32,000 nt of DNA, taken from assembly GCA_934660865.1 (NCBI GenBank), contig CAKUIA010000020.1:14619-46618 (forward strand). The letters run 5' to 3'. Positions 15,406-22,946 of this stretch are shown here, one piece after another (within the stretch, counting starts at the first letter, position 1; each line of letters opens with the position of its first letter). The notes under the pieces are model-generated. The model searched no databases. It was not told the DNA's origin and was given only the letters and a program-made list of their open reading frames with translations. This DNA is from an uncultured Opitutales bacterium (GTDB lineage: Bacteria; Verrucomicrobiota; Verrucomicrobiia; Opitutales; Intestinicryptomonadaceae). The position numbers were made by a program, and so were the translations under genes.

Positions 15406-15441
15406 GTTGTTATGTCGACATAGGCGACAATCTTTTAACGA

Positions 15442-16548
15442 CTACAAGCTCTCGGTAAGAGAAAGCAGGTCTTTTAGGTAATACACTGTTTTTGCACGCC
15501 CCGCCCCCTTTTCGTATACTGATATGATTTTTTTCTCCGACAATTTTTGCAGAAGATTATACATTGTAGCTTTCGAAGGCTTGCTGGAAACCTTTAGCGA
15601 CGATTGCGTAAACATGGGGTTTGCAACCATCGCGTCTAGCAGTGGCACCGCATGTTGCGACGAAGTTGCGCCGATAATCTCCGACTTGGTTTTTTCGTAG
15701 TAGCCTATTATGTCTTTGGCAATTTTATAGTTTTTGTCGGCCTGCCATTTTATCGCGTCCAAGAAAAACTCTATCCACTGCGTCCAGTTGCCGAGGGCGG
15801 TTATGGCGCGCAAAGAGTCTTTATAGGCCATTTCGTTTTTATCCAAATATTGGCTTATATATAGCGACGGCGTTGCAATAATATTTTTCTTGTACAAAAA
15901 CAAAGGAACAAGCATTCGCCCAAGTCTGCCGTTGCCGTCGCAAAACGGGTGTATTATCTCGAACTGCGCATGCAAAACGGCGGTTTGCGCCAAAAGGTCT
16001 TTGTCGTTTATGCAAAGGTAGTCTATAAAATTATCCATATATTCGGGCACAATAAGAGGGTCGGGCGGAACATAGCGCGCGTTTTCTATACCGCCGCTTT
16101 TCGAGCCTATATAGTTTTGAATTTCCCTTATTTTGCCAGGGCTTTTAGACTTGCCGCGAACGCCGTCCAATAAAATCGTGTGTAACTCCTTTATCAACGA
16201 AAGCGAAATCGAGCGGTTTTCCAACGATTCGGTACCGTGTATAAGAGCCTTTTTGTAGTTCAGAACTTCGTGAATATCGTCTTTTTTTTCTTCCGAATCG
16301 TCTCCTATGTTTGCCTGATATTTCAAAACGTCTATAGTATCGGCTTGCGTTCCCTCTATTTTGCTAGACAATACCGCTTCGTTGTCGACAAGCGGCGAAA
16401 GCAGCAAGTTGGCGTTTGGCATTACATTTAAAATGCCGTTAAAATTCGACACCGCTCTATTCGCCTCGCCCATTTTCGGTACAAGACTAGTCCAATCTAT
16501 AGAATTCAAGGGAAGTTTTTGCGGAATAAAAGGTTTCATTATACCCAT
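15442..16548 (-). CDS. Fic family protein 1 (class II, AMPylase-type motif) with a C-terminal winged-helix domain
   Basis: The Fic motif HPFCDGNGRLGR fits H.F.(D/E)GNGR..R. The N-terminal inhibitory-helix motif SSKIEG fits (S/T)xxxE(G/N). The C-terminal KATMYNLLQKLSEKKIISVYEKGAGRAKTVYYL looks like a wHTH. I prefer the ATG at 16548 (MGIMKPF) or 16539, because the 25 extra codons of the tracked ORF (to 16623) merely read through the palindrome array. Confidence 0.85.
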   Translation of the reverse strand: MGIMKPFIPQKLPLNSIDWTSLVPKMGEANRAVSNFNGILNVMPNANLLLSPLVDNEAVLSSKIEGTQADTIDVLKYQANIGDDSEEKKDDIHEVLNYKKALIHGTESLENRSISLSLIKELHTILLDGVRGKSKSPGKIREIQNYIGSKSGGIENARYVPPDPLIVPEYMDNFIDYLCINDKDLLAQTAVLHAQFEIIHPFCDGNGRLGRMLVPLFLYKKNIIATPSLYISQYLDKNEMAYKDSLRAITALGNWTQWIEFFLDAIKWQADKNYKIAKDIIGYYEKTKSEIIGATSSQHAVPLLDAMVANPMFTQSSLKVSSKPSKATMYNLLQKLSEKKIISVYEKGAGRAKTVYYLKDLLSLTESL

Positions 16549-16567
16549 AATATACAATAATCGGCGC

Positions 16568-16788
16568 TTTTGTGTCAAGCAAAAGGCGGTTTTGTTAGAC
16601 ACAAATATGCTTGTGTCTAACAAAAAGGGTTTTAATTAGACACAAAACATTTTGTTTCTAATTAAATAGACTCTATTGAATTTGTGTCTAACAAAAGTGC
16701 GTTTGGTTAGACACAAAGTATTTTGAGTCTAATAGAATAAACACTAGCAAGTTTGTGTCTAACAAAAGTGCGTTTGGTTAGACACAAA
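16568..16788. promoter_or_regulatory. Array of four 37-bp palindromes (half-site TTTGTGTCTAAC, 13-bp spacer) plus degenerate half-sites, directly upstream of fic1
   Basis: TTTGTGTCTAAC-AAAAGTGCGTTTG-GTTAGACACAAA is identical at 16681-16717 and 16752-16788. Diverged copies lie at 16611-16647 and 16568-16605. Extra half-sites are TTTGTTTCTAAT (16651) and TTTGAGTCTAAT (16722). The unit period is about 70-71 bp. Confidence 0.7.
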
Positions 16789-16831
16789 ATAAAATCGGGC
16801 GCGCAAAACTTTTAAACGGTTTTTGCAAAAA

Positions 16832-17938
16832 CTAAAGCAATTCTTTTACGGCTTCTTCGCCGCCCGAGCACATAATGTTGTATACACAGTTCCTTAACAC
16901 GCGCATTCTGTGGTGGTTGTCCAGCCTTTTTATAAGGGCTACGCTTGCTTTGCCGTCGCCCGCCATGGCGAATGCGGTTGCGGCATACATAACATAGTTT
17001 ACCCTGTCGCGCTTTGTGTCTAAAAATTGCCTGTCGCTTAGCGAAAGCGCTTTGTAGTGCGCATACAGCGCCTCGCGCCCGTTTGCCTTTGCCACAAACG
17101 CATATAGCGGGAAAGTTGCATTATACCACTTTTCGCCGTTTTGCGTTATCGGGAAAACCCAAGCCGAGCCTATCGCCTTTTCCTCCGATTTTCTTATGTC
17201 GTCTTGGCTGTCGCTTTTCGGGAAAGAGTCGTAAAACCAAAACAAACACCAATACAGCGTTCTGGCCTCTTTGTCGAAATCGGCGCGTTTTGCAATCCAG
17301 CTTTTCCTTAAATAATCCATAAGCGGCCTGTTTTTTGTCTGCCAATAAAGCTCCAGCAATCTTTCGTTAGACCAACTCGACTTGCCAAGCAGTTTCTCGA
17401 ATGCCGCAAAATTGTTTGTATCGCCCAAAATACGCATAACCCTTGCAGTTTGGCGCACCGACACCATATTTTCGCACGAATCTACCGCCTTTTGCGCAAA
17501 AATATCCCTGTTTTTAATGTCGCCTTTCTTTGCGTATATTTGCGAAAGTTTTGCGTATACCAAAGCCGCATACTCTTTGTTTTTAAGGAAATCCGCCCGC
17601 GAAGCGCATACCGCCAACGGCGCGTTTTGGTTTTTTATGTCGTAATTTAGCAGCAAATAGCGGTATAAAGACCTGTCGTAGTCGCCCTCTTTTGCGGTTT
17701 GCGGCAAACCCTTAATTTGCCGTAAATATTTTTGCGAGGCCCTTGCAATTTTTTTGTTGTGCGTGCCAACTATCCGCCCCAAACATAGCTCCAATTCCGG
17801 CAAATTTTCGCTTTCGGCATAATATATGCACATTTGCGCCAACACGTTGTCTTTGTCTAGGCTGTGCGAATTTTTTATGTCGAACCCAACAAGCGCCGCA
17901 ATTAGGCAACACACAATAAAAAACAGTTTTTTAAGCAC
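16832..17938 (-). CDS. Signal-anchored all-helical (TPR/Sel1-like) repeat protein, function unknown
   Basis: I prefer the GTG start at 17938 (VLKKLFFIVCCLIAALVGF, a hydrophobic N-terminus). This gives an 8-nt overlap (GTGCTTAA) with the stop of the upstream gene. The tracked ATG at 17989 would overlap that gene by 59 nt. Helical repeat-like segments include EYAALVYAKLSQIYAKKGDIKNRDIFAQKAV. Confidence 0.65.
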   Translation of the reverse strand: MLKKLFFIVCCLIAALVGFDIKNSHSLDKDNVLAQMCIYYAESENLPELELCLGRIVGTHNKKIARASQKYLRQIKGLPQTAKEGDYDRSLYRYLLLNYDIKNQNAPLAVCASRADFLKNKEYAALVYAKLSQIYAKKGDIKNRDIFAQKAVDSCENMVSVRQTARVMRILGDTNNFAAFEKLLGKSSWSNERLLELYWQTKNRPLMDYLRKSWIAKRADFDKEARTLYWCLFWFYDSFPKSDSQDDIRKSEEKAIGSAWVFPITQNGEKWYNATFPLYAFVAKANGREALYAHYKALSLSDRQFLDTKRDRVNYVMYAATAFAMAGDGKASVALIKRLDNHHRMRVLRNCVYNIMCSGGEEAVKELL

Positions 17939-19301
17939 CTTTGCCCCCTTTCGACAGCGAATTTGCGCCCAGCACCAGCGCAACGGCAAAGAAAACCATA
18001 ACGGGCAAAAAGTGCATTGCCATATCCATGCACGAGTGCGCGCCGCAAATAGCCGCCGAGACCAGCAGCATATAGTTTTCGGCGGAAAGATTTTTTATGT
18101 TGCAAAAAAGCAAAACTGCATATGCAACAAAGCCGCCAAAAACGCCCAAAAACCCAATAAAACCGAATTCTATAAGATATTCTAAAATGTCGCTATGCGC
18201 CCTTTCGGGCACCGAAATTTTTGCGCCGCCCGTTTTTAGCAGCTCTTTTTTTGCCTTTACGGGCAGCGCATATTTGCAACATTCGCCGCCGACGCCCCAC
18301 AGCGGGTTTTCGCGGATAAGCGCAATGGCGAACTTATGAAACTGCAGCCTTGAAGAAAGCGATGCTCTTAATTCTGTTCGCTTTATTTTTGCGCTTTCGC
18401 CCGAAAGGCGGTGCGCCGCTTCGTTGTAGGCTAAAAATGCAAAACCCAAACCGCACATTGCAACAATAAGGGCGGCCGCCCAAACATTCATTGCGCGCCT
18501 TAAAAAAACATACAGCGCAATAGCGGCAAAAGCGGCGCAGTTTGCGACGGCAAAACCAATAGCCCCCGCAGATTGCGACTTGCAGGCTCCGCATACGCAA
18601 ACCGCTGCCGAAAGCGCGAATAATAGCGAATAAAAAATATGCCTTCTTTTTGCGTGGTATATAAGCAAGCTAAGGCAAAAGCCCAAGCCCAAATTTATGA
18701 ATGCGCCCGACACGTTCGAAACAAACGAGTTTGCGTAGAAGTCTGACGTTGCCGCAAATATGCCGTAAAGCCACGCAAAGCCGAAATATTTTTCTACTAT
18801 GCCGTAGGCGGCGCACAAAACGCCGCAAAAGGCTGCAAAATTCAACACATACAGAGCATTGCCCCGCTTTTTGCATACAAAAAACAAACTAAGCACGGTT
18901 AAAAAAACCGTTGTAAGTTTGCAAAGGCTTGCCAACGCGTTCACGTTTTCGGCTGGAGTTTTTACCGACTTTGGCAAAAACGGAATGTGAGGCAAATTGT
19001 TAAGCAAAAAGTAGCCGTCGGCTATCTCGAATTCGGCATAGCAGTTAAAATATTGAACAACGCAAACCGCGGCGGTATATAGCGCGCAAAAAACAATGCG
19101 TTTTTCGAACGCGCTTGGCGCATATTTGCAAAAGGCCGCGGGCAAAAACGCCAAAACAGCCGCCAAAAAGCAGGGATACACAAAAATTTCGCGCGAATTT
19201 GGCGCCCAAAACGCGCAAACAAAAAGCGAAAAAAGCAACAAGGCAAGGCTTGTTTTGTTTTGCGGGGAAAGTCTTTGGGCGTTGTCCATATAATTACGCA
19301 A
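17931..19301 (-). CDS. O-antigen ligase / Wzy_C-like polytopic membrane protein
   Basis: 456 aa with about 10 or more hydrophobic segments. There is a periplasmic-loop signature SRLQFHKFAIALIRENPLWGVGGE...PERAHSDILEYLIEFGFIGFLG. It matches the family pattern R..w..a...i..nP..G.G.G ... aH(N/S)..L(e/q).l.E.G..G. Confidence 0.7.
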   Translation of the reverse strand: MRNYMDNAQRLSPQNKTSLALLLFSLFVCAFWAPNSREIFVYPCFLAAVLAFLPAAFCKYAPSAFEKRIVFCALYTAAVCVVQYFNCYAEFEIADGYFLLNNLPHIPFLPKSVKTPAENVNALASLCKLTTVFLTVLSLFFVCKKRGNALYVLNFAAFCGVLCAAYGIVEKYFGFAWLYGIFAATSDFYANSFVSNVSGAFINLGLGFCLSLLIYHAKRRHIFYSLLFALSAAVCVCGACKSQSAGAIGFAVANCAAFAAIALYVFLRRAMNVWAAALIVAMCGLGFAFLAYNEAAHRLSGESAKIKRTELRASLSSRLQFHKFAIALIRENPLWGVGGECCKYALPVKAKKELLKTGGAKISVPERAHSDILEYLIEFGFIGFLGVFGGFVAYAVLLFCNIKNLSAENYMLLVSAAICGAHSCMDMAMHFLPVMVFFAVALVLGANSLSKGGKGA

Positions 19302-19445
19302 GTTAGAGAATTTACGGCACGCCTATTAGTCAAACAAAAAAGCATTTTTGCGGCATAAGGGCTTAATATGTTCCGTATTTTTTTGCTTTTTTGGCCCCGC
19401 AAAGCCCGAATTGCATATCGCCTTAATTTACAAGTAGTTGCATTT

Positions 19446-19497
19446 TTCAAAAAAAAAAAAAATACCTTTGACATTCCGGACATAAAACGATTATTTT
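19446..19497 (+). promoter_or_regulatory. A14 tract fused to a candidate sigma70-type promoter of PEP-CTERM paralog 2
   Basis: TTC, then A14 (19449-19462), TACCT, TTGACA (19468-19473), an 18-nt spacer containing ATAAAACG (19482-19489), then TATTTT (19492-19497). The ATG is at 19542. Confidence 0.5.
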
Positions 19498-19541
19498 GGA
19501 AGGGCAAAAACAATAATAGCTAATTGTATATACACAAGATT

Positions 19542-22376
19542 ATGAAAAACATAAAAAACACATTGGCATTGTTGCCAATATTCATAGCTTCGGCAGCCTT
19601 TGCCGCCGACTACGTATACATACAAACAGCCGGCAGCGGCGGCCACACCGCCTGGAATAACGGCAACTACTACCTTGCAAGCGACGTTATGACCGACGGC
19701 AAGATAGACATCGAAAAGGTAAAGAACGCAAAAACTGCGGGCATAAACACTCCATCGGCCAGCGACAACGTATTCTTCGGCACCTACACCGGCTCGCTAG
19801 ACGCAACTTCTCCCGAAGTTACCAACGCAAACGGCGACACTGTGTGGCAGATGTACTACACCTTCCACAACAACACGGCGGCAATTCTTGCGCAAAACCT
19901 GACTTTTAGTTTCGATTACGACCAAATTTTCAGAAACCAAACCGCGCACCACGACTACGAAATTTACACAAATAGCGCAGCTTCCACAACGCTTACCGAC
20001 AAGAGCCGCAATGTAATACAAATAGGCGACACCCTTTCGGTTTTGGGCGGCACTTTGGTAAATATACACGGCATTGCAAACCGCTATTCAGGCGAAAATG
20101 TTTTGGAAAACTACGCCAACTATTCGCTTATAGACATAAACAAGCTTTACCTTGAAACGACCGACTCGGCCGAAAACGCGCAGGCGGCTTTAACCCTTGG
20201 CAACTACATAGAGGAAATCCGCATAGGCGTAAACAAGGTGGGCGACGCGTACGAATCTAACGGCGTTGCCTCCGAACTTAAAAAGAACACAAAGCTTAGC
20301 ATAGGCGGCACCACCTACGAAGAACATACCGGCAATTATTTGGGCGACGTTAACAACGCGGGCGACATTTTAATTAACGGCGGCAACTTCTACGGCGTTG
20401 GCACCATAAACAACGCGGCCGACAGCGAAAACATAGGCCAGGTTCGCATTGGCTCGAACGGCTCGGTAAAATCGCTAAACGTTGCGGGCGGCACATTGCT
20501 GTATGGCGGCGCCGAAGTAGACGGCAAAATAACGCTCGACAATGTTGCGTTTAAAACGTCGAACACCAACACAAAGCTGAACTTTACGGCAAACAGCTCC
20601 ATAGACGCCACAACAAACCAATTTTGGGTAAACTTTTCGCCCACGGCGGGCGGCAACCCCGTTTACGACGGCACAAAGACAGCCGACGTGAATATGCTTG
20701 GCGTATACAACCTAAAAGGCACGGGCGAATACGGCGAGCTTTACAATAACGACCGCTCCCTGCAGCAGGTTCTTATTGCGGGCAACAACATTGCCATAAA
20801 CGAAATTAACTTCTTGGGTAATTTCAATATGACAAAGGCCACAATAGACTACGGCAATATGATTTCGGCAAACAGCAGCCTGAACATAAACAAGCTTTCC
20901 ATTTCGTCGGGCGGCTACACCGTAGGCACGCAATACCTCTTGGTAAGGTCGGTAGGCGAATTGAATATCGGCACGCTCGACTTTGTAGGAGCAGCCGACG
21001 CAGCCGACGCCGTAAATAGCTCGAACTACATTCGCATATACAACTGGTTTAAGGGTATAACTGCAAAGATAGACAATATCAACGTTACAGGCTATTCAAA
21101 AGCGGCCGACACCCTCGGGTTCCACAGCACTTCAAGCGTGGAAATCGGCAACTTGAATATCGAAAGAACATTTGCCATAGACCAACAGCAAAACCCTGAC
21201 GTAAGCAAATACCAGGGCACCGAAGCTACTATAGGCAACATAAACAGCAACCTTGTAAGCAACTCGGGCAACTCGGCCTGGAACTTAAGGAAGCTAACCG
21301 TTACGGGCGACGCCGTATTTTCGAACGCTACAAGCAGCCAGCACTACACCCAGGTTATACTGTTTAAGAATGCGGATTTCCAGGGCACCCTAACGGTTGG
21401 CGGCGAAAACGACACGGCCACAACCTTCCTGCAATTCGAAAGCAGAACCTACACAAAAGACAGCTCGACAGGCGAAGTTATAGACGAACGCGCGGCCCAC
21501 ACATTCAACAACGTTGTTGTAAACCAAAGAGGCACGGTTTACTTCGGCGGCGTTAGAGCCGACGACAACAGCTTCGACACAACCGTAAATTCGCTGACAT
21601 CTAAAGGCAATGTACGTTTCGGTTGCGGCACTAGTGTAGACACATTCGCAAAGATTGGCACTCTTAACGGCACGGGCGGCACTTTGGGCGCCTACGGCGA
21701 AAAAGGCAGGGCATTAACCCTTGTTTTGGGCGACAACGTTGCGGGAACAAGCACATACTACGGCACCATTTTCGACAACACGCACGAAAACGACGTTGTA
21801 AACATTGTTAAAAACGGCACAAACCGCCAAATTTTGGCAGGAGCAAGCAACACCATTAAAGGCACAATTACCGTAAACGAAGGCATGCTGGGCTTTGCCT
21901 CTAAATCGAAAGTTGCAAGCATTAACCTAAACGGCGGCGAATTTGCAAGCTGGAACGGCGCTTCGGCCAACGCCCTTAGCATTGGCACGCTTAATATGAA
22001 CGGCGGCAAATTGCACTTCGATTTCAACACAGCCTTAAACTCGGCATTGTCTTTTGCGCAAGGCAGCGACATTATCGGCAAAATTTTGTCGAGCGACTTT
22101 ACTTTCGCCAACATTGTGCAAGACAGCTCCTATATGCTCTTTAGCTTTGAAGACGGCTCTTTAAACAGCTACCTACAAGCCCTTATAGACAGCGAAGACA
22201 ACGGCCAATACCAGTATATAGACAAAGCCACGGGCAAAACCTATATGGCAAAGTTTGCAAGCGAATTGGAATCGGGCGAATTTAGCGTAACATTCACCGT
22301 TCCCGAACCCGCAACTTGGGCCGCAATTTTCGGCGCTTTGGCATTGGCCTTGGCCATTTACCGCCGCCGCAAATAG
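19542..22376 (+). CDS. PEP-CTERM-anchored beta-helix surface protein, paralog 2 (944 aa from the MKNIKN start)
   Basis: Signal peptide MKNIKNTLALLPIFIASAAFA. PATR-like segment VNIVKNGTNRQILAGASNTIKGTITVNEGMLGFA. C-terminus VPEPATWAAIFGALALALAIYRRRK. The start at 19542 aligns with paralog 3 (MKNISK); the tracked start at 19524 adds 6 codons. Confidence 0.9.
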   Translation: MKNIKNTLALLPIFIASAAFAADYVYIQTAGSGGHTAWNNGNYYLASDVMTDGKIDIEKVKNAKTAGINTPSASDNVFFGTYTGSLDATSPEVTNANGDTVWQMYYTFHNNTAAILAQNLTFSFDYDQIFRNQTAHHDYEIYTNSAASTTLTDKSRNVIQIGDTLSVLGGTLVNIHGIANRYSGENVLENYANYSLIDINKLYLETTDSAENAQAALTLGNYIEEIRIGVNKVGDAYESNGVASELKKNTKLSIGGTTYEEHTGNYLGDVNNAGDILINGGNFYGVGTINNAADSENIGQVRIGSNGSVKSLNVAGGTLLYGGAEVDGKITLDNVAFKTSNTNTKLNFTANSSIDATTNQFWVNFSPTAGGNPVYDGTKTADVNMLGVYNLKGTGEYGELYNNDRSLQQVLIAGNNIAINEINFLGNFNMTKATIDYGNMISANSSLNINKLSISSGGYTVGTQYLLVRSVGELNIGTLDFVGAADAADAVNSSNYIRIYNWFKGITAKIDNINVTGYSKAADTLGFHSTSSVEIGNLNIERTFAIDQQQNPDVSKYQGTEATIGNINSNLVSNSGNSAWNLRKLTVTGDAVFSNATSSQHYTQVILFKNADFQGTLTVGGENDTATTFLQFESRTYTKDSSTGEVIDERAAHTFNNVVVNQRGTVYFGGVRADDNSFDTTVNSLTSKGNVRFGCGTSVDTFAKIGTLNGTGGTLGAYGEKGRALTLVLGDNVAGTSTYYGTIFDNTHENDVVNIVKNGTNRQILAGASNTIKGTITVNEGMLGFASKSKVASINLNGGEFASWNGASANALSIGTLNMNGGKLHFDFNTALNSALSFAQGSDIIGKILSSDFTFANIVQDSSYMLFSFEDGSLNSYLQALIDSEDNGQYQYIDKATGKTYMAKFASELESGEFSVTFTVPEPATWAAIFGALALALAIYRRRK

Positions 22377-22398
22377 TTTAAATTTTGCACAAAAAACA

Positions 22399-22431
22399 AA
22401 AAGCCTTTCGGACTCCCGAAAGGCTTTTTTG
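22399..22431 (+). terminator. Rho-independent terminator after paralog 2
   Basis: AAGCCTTTCGG (22401-22411) pairs with CCGAAAGGCTT (22416-22426) around an ACTC loop, followed by a T run to 22430. Confidence 0.8.
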
Positions 22432-22840
22432 TTGCCGTGTTGCAATGCAAAAAAATTTTTATATCCTATAATTAAAAAAATCTTCCCCGTCGCAAAAAAA
22501 TGCCGAAACATCTATAGCCTAACATAGTTTGCGGCAATTACTCCATATAAAAACGGCCTTTCGGAAAATTGCGCCAGCTACAACCAAATTCAAAAATACC
22601 GCAAGCTGTGTTTGTAGCGTAATTGCCGATAATCGCCTATTATACGCTCTTTTAAAACTTACGCTGCCAATAAAAAGTTATATAAAATGTAGCGCAAGTG
22701 TAAATGCAAGCAAGGCAAACCTGTTAAACAATATGCAAAGCGCACAAAAGCGGTATGCCGAATAAGACTACATCAAAACAAAGTGTTTTATATGCCCGAA
22801 ACAATGTATTTACAAAGATAGGCAACTTTTAACTACCACA

Positions 22841-22946
22841 AACTACAAGTTTTTACAAAAATTGTAGTTGCAACATAATATTTTGCTTATTAGCTTTATA
22901 CAAAAAATATCTTGACAAACTACCAGTTTAAACAAAAGTTGTAGTT
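22841..22946. promoter_or_regulatory. Two related palindromes (ACTAC[A/C]A-N13-TTGTAGT) upstream of and abutting the fic2 start
   Basis: Palindrome A spans 22841-22869 (ACTACAA 22842-22848, TTGTAGT 22862-22868; 12 of 14 pairs). Palindrome B spans 22918-22946 (ACTACCA 22919-22925, TTGTAGT 22939-22945). Their centres are 77 bp apart. TTGACA lies at 22912-22917. Palindrome B ends 1 nt before the GTG start. Confidence 0.6.

Noticed and set aside
16568-16788. CRISPR array (37-bp palindromic repeats with about 33-bp intervening sequence)
   Set aside because: Only two repeats are identical and the others are diverged. The intervening 'spacers' are themselves homologous to each other, so these are tandem duplications carrying degenerate half-sites. 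No cas genes are nearby. An operator array or a REP-like element fits better.
17931-19301. Exosortase (EpsH/Xrt) identity for the 456-aa polytopic membrane protein
   Set aside because: The loop signature (...NPLWGVGGE...AHSDILEYLIEFGFIG) matches the O-antigen ligase/Wzy_C family. It does not match the exosortase Cys/Arg/His pattern as I recall it.
22529-22765. 78-aa ORF (TTG start) in the paralog 2/fic2 spacer, and the 112-aa minus ORF at 22173-22511
   Set aside because: The first has a non-ATG start and no motif, and it spans predicted hairpins. The minus-strand ORF overlaps the paralog 2 3' end and its terminator.
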